Shown here in pieces: positions 27,768-34,882 of a DNA stretch of 34,882 nt (position 1 is the stretch's first letter; each line of letters starts with the position of its first letter). The notes below the pieces were generated by a model. It searched no databases and was not told where the DNA came from. It saw only the letters and a program-made list of their open reading frames with translations. This DNA comes from Phenylobacterium sp. Its GTDB lineage: Bacteria > Pseudomonadota > Alphaproteobacteria > Caulobacterales > Caulobacteraceae. The position numbers and the translations under genes are program-made. The DNA lies in assembly GCA_046093265.1 (NCBI GenBank), contig JBJTFE010000098.1, positions 1-34,882 of the forward strand. Reading direction: 5' to 3'.

Positions 27768-28067
27768 TCAGTCAGAACCCGGTTGAGAAGCGGGATGGGC
27801 GTTGACGAAGGCGAACCCTCCGCCATCGCGCTCGAAGAGCCTTTCGATGGCCTGAAATCCGGCGCCGATCCATCGTGCAATCCACACCTCGACGGCTTCC
27901 TCGTCGGCCCGAGGCCTTGCGGGTTGAGGAGGGCGTATTGCGGCGCAGCCTGCTCGACCTTGCGCAGATCGTTCAGGATGGACTGGTGGTCGGCCACCCT
28001 TCAGGTTGAGTGCGGTCCGGACTCGCCAGGCTGCGCCGGAGCACCAGGAATCGTGCAACCGGATCAT
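27768..28067 (-). pseudogene. maiA: Maleylacetoacetate isomerase pseudogene
   Basis: MIRLHDSWCSGAAWRVRTALNLKG, then a frame shift to DLRKVEQAAPQYALLNPQGL, a jump to WIARWIGAGFQAIE, and a jump to terminal AHPASQPGSD. 300 nt, about half a zeta-class GST gene. ATG overlaps the fahA TGA. Confidence 0.88.
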
Positions 28068-29362
28068 GGCCGTTCCCTTGTCACCATGCCTCTGCATGGC
28101 CCGAAGCCAATCGAGCGGAAGCCGGAAGCGGAGGCGGTCGCCTTCAGCTGCACCTCGTCCCCGTCCTCGAGGAAGGTCCTGAGCTCGCCGGTGGGCAGGG
28201 TCAGCGGTCGCCGCCCGCCGTCCGACAGCTCAGCGAGGCTGCCGAATTCGCCTCTCTCCTCTCCCGAGAGGGTGCCGGTGCCCAGAAGATCGCCAGGATT
28301 CAGGTTGCAGCCATTGGCGGTGTGATGGGCGACCATCTGGGCGACCGTCCAATACATGTTCGTTGCCGGACCGCGGCTGAGCCGGATCGGAGCGAGGCCC
28401 GCCTCCCGCATCCTTGCGGACAGCAGAAGCACTTCCAGATCGATCGCCAGGGCGCCCTCGGCCTGGTCGACTTCATCCCAAAGGTAAGGCAGCGGTTTCG
28501 GGTCCCCGTCCGGACGCGGCGGCTGCGCCCTGCGGAAGGGCGCCAGCGCCTCCGCCGTCACGACCCAGGGTGACACTGTGGTGAGGAAACTCTTCGCCAG
28601 AAAGGGGCCGAGCGGCTGATACTCCCACGCCTGAATGTCCCGGGCCGACCAGTCGTTAAGCAGGCCCAGGCCGCCGATGCGGCTCCCCGCCTCGGAGATC
28701 GGCGTCGCTTCACCAAGCGCATTGCTCCCCGCAATCCAGACTGCGAGTTCGAGTTCGTAGTCCAGCCGGCGAGTCGGACCAAAGTCCGGCCCTTCAGACT
28801 CTGGCCCCTTTCGCTGCCCCTTCGGCCGAACAACCGGGGCGCCGGACGGTTGCACGGAGGAAGCTCTGCCATGGTAGCCGATGGGCACGTGCTTGTAGTT
28901 CGCAAGCAGCGGGCTGTCGGGGCGGAACTGCCTGCCGATGTTGGTGGCGTGGTGAATCCCGGCGTAGAAGTCAGTGTAGTCGCCAATGACAAACGGCAGT
29001 CGCAACCGGCATTCCGAGGCTTCAACGAGGTGAGGCTGGAACATCGCCTGGCCGGCTGGCGAGGTCAGACCTTCGAACACCGCCCACCGCAGCTCGCGCC
29101 GGGCCTGGGCGGGCAGGGCGAAAAGCGGATTCAGCGCAGGTGCGGCAAGCGCAGGCGCCAACCCGGCAGGCAGGCCACCCGACGCCGAGAGTGCGGACAG
29201 GTCGAGGATGAAAGGCCCGATCGCCGTTCCGATCCGGGCCGCCTCATCGCCCGACGAAAAGACCCCGAGCGGAAGATTTTGCACCGGGAAGTCGGGATGC
29301 GCGTCAGCGCCCGGAATCCAGCTGGAGGCCGCCGGGTCATGAGTATGATCTGTGTGCGTCAC
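28064..29362 (-). CDS. fahA: Fumarylacetoacetase
   Basis: FPVQNLPLG, DYTDFYAGIHHATN, PIGYHGRASS, LDYELE, NDWSARDIQAWEYQPLGPF, GDLLGTGT. GTG 29362 overlaps the upstream TGA. Confidence 0.96.
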   Translation of the reverse strand: MTHTDHTHDPAASSWIPGADAHPDFPVQNLPLGVFSSGDEAARIGTAIGPFILDLSALSASGGLPAGLAPALAAPALNPLFALPAQARRELRWAVFEGLTSPAGQAMFQPHLVEASECRLRLPFVIGDYTDFYAGIHHATNIGRQFRPDSPLLANYKHVPIGYHGRASSVQPSGAPVVRPKGQRKGPESEGPDFGPTRRLDYELELAVWIAGSNALGEATPISEAGSRIGGLGLLNDWSARDIQAWEYQPLGPFLAKSFLTTVSPWVVTAEALAPFRRAQPPRPDGDPKPLPYLWDEVDQAEGALAIDLEVLLLSARMREAGLAPIRLSRGPATNMYWTVAQMVAHHTANGCNLNPGDLLGTGTLSGEERGEFGSLAELSDGGRRPLTLPTGELRTFLEDGDEVQLKATASASGFRSIGFGPCRGMVTRERP

Positions 29363-29901
29363 CCGGAGGGTTCCTCGTGAAGCCAGGCGGCCTGTCGGGG
29401 CGCGCGCCTGGTCAGGGCCCACTCCTCGAGCATTACCGGCGCCAGGGCGCGCAGCTCTGCGTGTTGAGCGGGCTTGCCGATATTGCAGGCAAGCTCCAGG
29501 CGGTGGCCGTTGGGATCAAAGAAATAGATCGACTTGAATATGCCGTGATAGGTCGGGCCAAGCACATCGATCCCCTGCCCTTCGATATGCGCCTTTGCGG
29601 CGACCAGGGCTTCCAGATCCTCAACCTCGAAGGCGATGTGCTGGACCCAGGCCGGGGTGTTCGGGTCGCGCCCCATTTCCGGTTGTTGCGGCAACTCGAA
29701 GAAGGCGAGCACATTGCCCCCGCCGCAGTCGAGGAAGACATGCATGTAGGGATCTTCTTCGCCGGTGGACGGCACCTTGTCCTCGGCGAAGGCGGTGGTG
29801 AAATCCATGCCGAGCACGCGGCGGTACCATTCGACGGTTTCCTTGGCGTCCCGGCATCGGTAGGCGACGTGATGGATACGCTTGAGGCGGGGCGCGGTCA
29901 C
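29359..29901 (-). CDS. VOC/glyoxalase-fold protein, candidate homogentisate ring-cleavage dioxygenase
   Basis: [36 protein letters not shown] give a His/His/Glu metal triad. GTGA overlaps with both hppD and fahA. Confidence 0.9.
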   Translation of the reverse strand: MTAPRLKRIHHVAYRCRDAKETVEWYRRVLGMDFTTAFAEDKVPSTGEEDPYMHVFLDCGGGNVLAFFELPQQPEMGRDPNTPAWVQHIAFEVEDLEALVAAKAHIEGQGIDVLGPTYHGIFKSIYFFDPNGHRLELACNIGKPAQHAELRALAPVMLEEWALTRRAPRQAAWLHEEPSG

Positions 29902-31013
29902 CGCGCCAGCTCCCGGGTTTCCAGCGCGCCGCGGCGCAACTGGTCGCGCTCCATGCTTTCGAAAAGGGCCGTGAAGTTGCCCTCGCCGAAGCCTTCATCC
30001 TTCTTGCGCTGGATGAACTCGAAAAACACCGGGCCGACCATCGTCTCGGAGAAGATCTGAAGCAGCAGTCTCGGGTCGCCCGACTGCGTCGAGCCGTCGA
30101 GCAGAATCCCGCGCCTCTGCAATTCCTCGACCGGCTCGCCGTGCCCGGGGAGGCGCTCGGCCAGCATCTCGTAATAGGTTGCGGGCGGCGGCGTCATGAA
30201 CGGCGTCCCCAGCGCCTTCAACCTGTCCCAGCAGCTGAGAAGATCGTCGCAAAGGAAGGCGATGTGCTGAATGCCCTCGCCATTGTAGGCGCGCAGAAAC
30301 TCCTCGATCTGACCACCGCCCGCCTTTCCCTCCTCGTTGAGCGGGATACGGATCTTGCCGTCGGGCGCCGTCATCGCCCGGCTGGTGAGGCCCGTGTACT
30401 CGCCCTTGATGTCGAAATAGCGGATTTCGCGGAAGCCGAAGACGCGCTCATAGAACCCGCCCCAGTGCGCCATCCGCCCGCCGTAAACGTTGTGCGTCAG
30501 GTGGTCGATGGTGTGGAAGCCCGCCCCTACCGGATGACGATCGACGCCCGGCAGATAGACAAAGTCGATGTCGTAAATGGAAAGGTCGCTCTGCCCCTGT
30601 CCCTCGTACCGATCGATCAGATAGATGATCGAGCCGCCGATCCCGCGGATCGCAGGGAGGCGAAGCTCCATGACCCCCGTGCGGCTTTCGACCGGCTCGG
30701 CCCCCCGTGCGAGGGCGAGTTCATAGGCCTTGTTGGCGTCCCGGACCCGCCAGCCCATGCCGCAGCACGAAACGCCGTGCTCCGCGGAGAAATAGGCGGC
30801 GGCGCTGCGCGGTTCATAATTGGCGATCAGATTGATCCCGCCCTGCCGCCAGAGCTGGACGTCCTTGGAGCGGTGTCGGGCGATCAGGGTGAATCCCATG
30901 CTTTCGAACACGGGCTCCAGCACGCCCTTCTTCGGCGCGCTGAATTCAATGAACTCGAAGCCATCCAGGCCCAGCGGGTTGTCAAACAGGTCGGCCATCG
31001 GGTGCGTCACCAT
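29898..31013 (-). CDS. hppD: 4-hydroxyphenylpyruvate dioxygenase
   Basis: [54 protein letters not shown]. Start is 31013 or 30998. Confidence 0.97.
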   Translation of the reverse strand: MVTHPMADLFDNPLGLDGFEFIEFSAPKKGVLEPVFESMGFTLIARHRSKDVQLWRQGGINLIANYEPRSAAAYFSAEHGVSCCGMGWRVRDANKAYELALARGAEPVESRTGVMELRLPAIRGIGGSIIYLIDRYEGQGQSDLSIYDIDFVYLPGVDRHPVGAGFHTIDHLTHNVYGGRMAHWGGFYERVFGFREIRYFDIKGEYTGLTSRAMTAPDGKIRIPLNEEGKAGGGQIEEFLRAYNGEGIQHIAFLCDDLLSCWDRLKALGTPFMTPPPATYYEMLAERLPGHGEPVEELQRRGILLDGSTQSGDPRLLLQIFSETMVGPVFFEFIQRKKDEGFGEGNFTALFESMERDQLRRGALETRELAR

Positions 31014-31144
31014 AGAGTGAATGCTGAGGTGTGCAGTCTAGCGCAATTCGCGCGACAGTCAGCGCCCAGACTCCTTACGGGATAGTGCGGGGGTGCGTTG
31101 CTGCTACAAGTGCGCGCTTTGCAAGCTTGGGGAAGGAGCCGAAG

Positions 31145-31531
31145 ATGTCGACGCGCAGGAACATCTCCTTCGGAGGCCAACTCGAGAGCATCGTCGGCTA
31201 CAGCCGCGCGGTGGTCGTCGGCCCATGGTGTTTTCTGGCCGGGACCACCGGCTCCGACCCCCACACCAAGCAGATTCCCGCGGATATCAAGGTTCAGGTC
31301 GCCAACGCCTTCGGCACGGCCGAGCGGGCCTTGCTTGAGGCGGGCTTCGCCATGTCTGATGTCGTCCGGGTCACCTATTATGTTACCGAGCCGGGAATTC
31401 ATGACGAACTCGCGCCCCTGTTCGGCGACAGGTTTCGCGACATCCGACCCGCGGCGACCTACCTTGAGGTGGCGGGACTGGCCTATCCGGAACTCAAGTT
31501 CGAAGTCGAGATCACAGCGCTGAAGGCTTAG
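31145..31531 (+). CDS. Rid (YjgF/YER057c/UK114) family protein, non-RidA type
   Basis: GYSRAV, AGTTG, DVVRVTYY, RPAAT, EVEITA. AAGGAG RBS before ATG 31145. Confidence 0.9.
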   Translation: MSTRRNISFGGQLESIVGYSRAVVVGPWCFLAGTTGSDPHTKQIPADIKVQVANAFGTAERALLEAGFAMSDVVRVTYYVTEPGIHDELAPLFGDRFRDIRPAATYLEVAGLAYPELKFEVEITALKA

Positions 31532-31626
31532 GCGGGCTCTCGCAGTGGACGGTCCCGGAGGGTGACCGGCCCCCCGTTACAGCAATTTAAGTGGCGAAAG
31601 GCGCCCGGTGTCGGCATAGGGCGTCC

Positions 31627-32178
31627 ATGAATCCCCCGACATCCCGCCTGTCTGGACGGGGCCTCTCGGCGGCCCTTGCTGCAGGCGTACTGGCCCTGCC
31701 CCTTTGCGCGCAGGCCCTGGTCATCATGGGGGAGAAGGATATTCCCCGTGTCGTGAGTTTCGGCGGGCCTTGTCCGGGATGCGATCTCTCCGGCCGGCAG
31801 CTTTACGGCGCCCGCTTCGTCGGAGCGGATTTTTCCGGAGCCGCCTTTGTGGGCGCCAATCTGCGGCAGGTTCAGTTCACCGGAACGGATTTCAGCAGAT
31901 CCGACCTTTCCCGAAGCGACCTGAGCGATGCAAGGATTTCAGGCGTGGACTTCGACGGCGCCCGTATGACCGATGTTCGCCTTGATGGCGCGCGGGTCCG
32001 AGGGGCCAGCTTCACCGGGGCCGACTTCGAAGGCGCCAGCCTGCGAGGGGTCGTCTTTTTCGGGGTTGATCTCTCCGGCGCGCGCAACCTTCGCCAGGAC
32101 CAGCTGGACGGGGCCTGTGCGACAGGCGCGGTACGCCTGCCGCGGGGGCTCTTCCTGCGGCCCTGTCCGCGGGACTGA
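31627..32178 (+). CDS. Secreted pentapeptide-repeat protein
   Basis: Signal peptide (AQA), CPGC cap, tandem ADFSG/ANLRQ/TDFSR/SDLSD-type pentapeptides and two C-terminal Cys. Confidence 0.88.
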   Translation: MNPPTSRLSGRGLSAALAAGVLALPLCAQALVIMGEKDIPRVVSFGGPCPGCDLSGRQLYGARFVGADFSGAAFVGANLRQVQFTGTDFSRSDLSRSDLSDARISGVDFDGARMTDVRLDGARVRGASFTGADFEGASLRGVVFFGVDLSGARNLRQDQLDGACATGAVRLPRGLFLRPCPRD

Positions 32179-32187
32179 CCCGCGACC

Positions 32188-33966
32188 TCAGACCTTGATC
32201 GGCAGGGCCGTGCGGATGTGCAGCTCCTTGAGCTGCTTGTCCTCGACCGGCGACGGCGCGCTCATCAAGAGGTCCTGGCCCTGCTGGTTCATCGGGAAGG
32301 CGATGACCTCGCGGATGGCCGTCTGGCCCGCCAGCAGCATGACGATCCGGTCGATGCCGGGCGCCAGGCCGCCGTGCGGCGGCGCGCCGTAGCGGAAGGC
32401 GTTGAGCATGCCGCCAAAGGCGCTCTCCACGTCTTCAGCGCCCATGCCGACGATCTCGAAGGCCCGCAGCATGACGTCCGCCCGGTGGTTCCGGATGGCG
32501 CCTGAGCACAGCTCATAGCCATTGCAGACGATGTCGTACTGGTAGGCCAGGATATCGAGGGGATCGCATGTGTTCAGCGCCTCCAGTTCGCCCTGGGGCA
32601 TGGAGAAGGGGTTGTGGGAGAAGTCCACCAAACCCGTCTCCTCGTTCAGCTCGAACATCGGGAAGTCGACGATCCAGACAAACTCGAACCTGTTCTCGTC
32701 CACCAGGCCGAGCTCGGTCCCGACCCGGGTGCGGGCGAGGCCGGCGAACTTTGTGAAGACCTTGGGATCGCCGCCGACAAAGAAGGCCGCATCGCCCACC
32801 TTCAGGCCCAACTGCTCACGGATCGCTTCGGTGCGCTCGGGACCAAGGTTCTTGGCGATCGGCCCGGCGCCGCCCTCCTCGCCCTCGCGCCAGAAGATGT
32901 AGCCCAGGCCGGGCTGGCCCTCGGACTGGGCCCAGCTGTTCATCCGGTCGCAGAAGGCCCGGCTGCCGCCGCCCGGCGCGGGAATGGCCCAGATGGCGTT
33001 CTTCGGGGTCTCCAGCATGCGGGCGAAGACGCCGAAGCCGCCGCCGCGGAAGGGCTCGGAGACGTCCTGCATGACCAGGGGGTTGCGCAGGTCCGGCTTG
33101 TCCGAGCCGTACTTCTGCATGGCCTCCCGGTAGGGGATGCGCGGGAAGGGATAGGGCGTCACCGGCTTGCCTTCGGCGAACGCCTCGAAGACGCCGTGCA
33201 TGACGGGCTCGATAGCCGCGAAGACGTCCTCCTGGGTCACGAAGCTCATCTCGACGTCAAGCTGGTAGAACTCCAGGCTCCGGTCGGCGCGCAGGTCCTC
33301 GTCGCGGAAGCAGGGGGCGATCTGGAAGTAACGGTCGAACCCGGAGACCATCAGCAGTTGCTTGAACTGCTGGGGAGCCTGAGGAAGGGCGTAGAAGGTC
33401 CCGGGGTGCAGGCGCGAGGGCACCAGGAAGTCCCGGGCGCCCTCCGGCGACGAGGCCGTCAGGATCGGCGTCTGGTACTCCAGGAAGCCCTGGTCGATCA
33501 TGCGGTTGCGGATCGAATGGATGACCTTCGAGCGCAGGACGATGTTCCGGTGCAGGGTCTCGCGCCGCAGGTCGAGATAGCGGTGCTTGAGGCGGATTTC
33601 CTCGGGGTAGTCCGGCTCTCCGAAGACCGGCAGGGGCAGTTCGGCGGCCTCGGACAGGACCTCGGCGGCGCGCACGCGCACCTCGACCTCACCCGTGGCG
33701 AGGTTGGGGTTCACGGTCTCGGGCGTGCGGGCGACAACCTCGCCATCGATGCGGATGACGCTCTCGGCGCGCAGGCGCTCGATGGTGGCGAAGCCGGGGG
33801 TCTCTGGCGCGAAGACCAACTGGGTCAGGCCGTAATGGTCACGCAGGTCCACGAAGACCAGGCCGCCATGGTCGCGCTTGCGATTGATCCACCCCGACAG
33901 GCGAACGGACTGGCCGGTGTCGGAGGCGCGCAGGGCGCCGCAGGTGTGGGTGCGATAGGCGTGCAT
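32188..33966 (-). CDS. aspS: Aspartate--tRNA ligase (probably non-discriminating Asp/Asn)
   Basis: [49 protein letters not shown]. The His in RDHGG is typical of non-discriminating enzymes. Confidence 0.98.
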   Translation of the reverse strand: MHAYRTHTCGALRASDTGQSVRLSGWINRKRDHGGLVFVDLRDHYGLTQLVFAPETPGFATIERLRAESVIRIDGEVVARTPETVNPNLATGEVEVRVRAAEVLSEAAELPLPVFGEPDYPEEIRLKHRYLDLRRETLHRNIVLRSKVIHSIRNRMIDQGFLEYQTPILTASSPEGARDFLVPSRLHPGTFYALPQAPQQFKQLLMVSGFDRYFQIAPCFRDEDLRADRSLEFYQLDVEMSFVTQEDVFAAIEPVMHGVFEAFAEGKPVTPYPFPRIPYREAMQKYGSDKPDLRNPLVMQDVSEPFRGGGFGVFARMLETPKNAIWAIPAPGGGSRAFCDRMNSWAQSEGQPGLGYIFWREGEEGGAGPIAKNLGPERTEAIREQLGLKVGDAAFFVGGDPKVFTKFAGLARTRVGTELGLVDENRFEFVWIVDFPMFELNEETGLVDFSHNPFSMPQGELEALNTCDPLDILAYQYDIVCNGYELCSGAIRNHRADVMLRAFEIVGMGAEDVESAFGGMLNAFRYGAPPHGGLAPGIDRIVMLLAGQTAIREVIAFPMNQQGQDLLMSAPSPVEDKQLKELHIRTALPIKV

Positions 33967-34072
33967 GGGGTCGAAAGGGCTCCGGAATCCAAGGCGCGGA
34001 AGGGCGCATGCAAGGGGCGGAAAGTCAAGGTTTCCGCCCCTTGCGAACGCTGGCCGGAGCCGCCTCTGGCGC

Positions 34073-34882
34073 CTACTTCTTCGGGTCGACCAGGGCCTGA
34101 TAGGTCAGGGTCCGGGCGGCCGTGCCAAGGTCCTCGCCGCCCGTTCCGCCGAGACGCTGGACCATACCGATGAAGTAGAGGTCATTGGTCGGGTCGACCC
34201 AGAACCAGGTCCCGGCCGCGCCGCCCCAGCTCATGGTGTTGGCGCCTTCAAGGCTGCCGGAGGCGCGCGGGTCCATGTTGACCATGAAGTCCAGGCCAAA
34301 GCCCACCGCCTCGTTGAAGCGCGAGCCCGAGGTGCCGTTGGACGTCACCAGCACGCTCTTGGGGATGACGTTGGTCCGCATCAGCTCCACCGTCGCCGGG
34401 GCCAGGATCCGGGCGCCGTCCAGTTCACCGCCGTTCAGCAGCATCTGGGAGAACCGCCCGTAGTCCGAAGTGGTGGAAACCAGGCCGCCGCCGCCCGACT
34501 CCATGGCCGGGGGCTTTGTATAGTCTGGGGGCGGGTTGTCGAAGATGGCGGTGGCGAGAACGTTCTGACGGGTCTTGGGATCCGTCATGTAGAGGGTCGC
34601 CAGGCGATCGGTCCTGCCGGCTGGAACATAGAAGCCGGTGTCCGCCATCTTCAGCGGCGCGAAGATGCGCTCCTGCATGAAGGCGCCCAGGGTCTGGCCG
34701 GTGATGCGTTCGACAATGGCGCCCTGGATGTCGACTGAGATCGAATAGGACCAGGCCGCACCAGGCTGGAACATCAGCGGGATGTCCGCGATGCGGGTGA
34801 TCATGTCGTTCAGGCCATCGGCGCCCAGAACCCGCTTGTCGCGGAACATCCGGTCCACGGGATGCTTGTCGCCCAGGCCATA
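34073..34882 (-). CDS. Serine hydrolase, beta-lactamase-like esterase family (5' truncated by window edge)
   Basis: Frame is open to the window end. [45 protein letters not shown]. Confidence 0.9.
   Translation of the reverse strand, partial: YGLGDKHPVDRMFRDKRVLGADGLNDMITRIADIPLMFQPGAAWSYSISVDIQGAIVERITGQTLGAFMQERIFAPLKMADTGFYVPAGRTDRLATLYMTDPKTRQNVLATAIFDNPPPDYTKPPAMESGGGGLVSTTSDYGRFSQMLLNGGELDGARILAPATVELMRTNVIPKSVLVTSNGTSGSRFNEAVGFGLDFMVNMDPRASGSLEGANTMSWGGAAGTWFWVDPTNDLYFIGMVQRLGGTGGEDLGTAARTLTYQALVDPKK

Noticed and set aside
31627-32178. Qnr-type quinolone resistance gene
   Set aside because: It has a signal peptide and a Cys-capped architecture, unlike cytoplasmic Qnr proteins.
32614-34173. 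519-aa plus-strand ORF, and similar shadows at 11254-12573, 14261-15724, 20651-21886 and 30141-31085
   Set aside because: Each lies opposite a well-supported gene and shows no family signature.
34073-34882. True beta-lactamase
   Set aside because: The visible motifs (GGGGL, WGG) fit family VIII esterase-like serine hydrolases, and the SxxK region lies outside the window.

Overview
GC-rich alphaproteobacterial chromosome segment. Gene order (anmK/tyrS-bcp-M23-bactofilin-prfB-class A PBP-amiC-rne-M48-DsbA-thiGS-accBC-aat-DUF2155-NDUFA12-nrdJ-like) points to a Caulobacteraceae member, probably Phenylobacterium-like (inference). It is mostly core genes. I saw no rRNA, tRNA, CRISPR array or transposase. 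Main points of interest: (1) an intact 820-aa class II ribonucleotide reductase (NrdJ) homologue that appears to have lost every catalytic and redox cysteine motif, yet keeps a well-conserved C-terminal TSCPD/NrdJb-type domain, a C4 zinc ribbon and two tandem NrdR-like boxes, making it a candidate repurposed pseudoenzyme; (2) a tightly coupled Phe/Tyr catabolic operon hppD-VOC-fahA-maiA(pseudogene)-phhA with no hmgA, where a VOC-fold protein sits at the ring-cleavage step; (3) a PLP-decarboxylase + LysR cassette bounded by a 9-bp direct repeat at the shared stop site of two core genes; (4) a possible aroQ scar upstream of accB; (5) three degenerate CTAG-anchored intergenic repeats; (6) the canonical prfB +1 frameshift.
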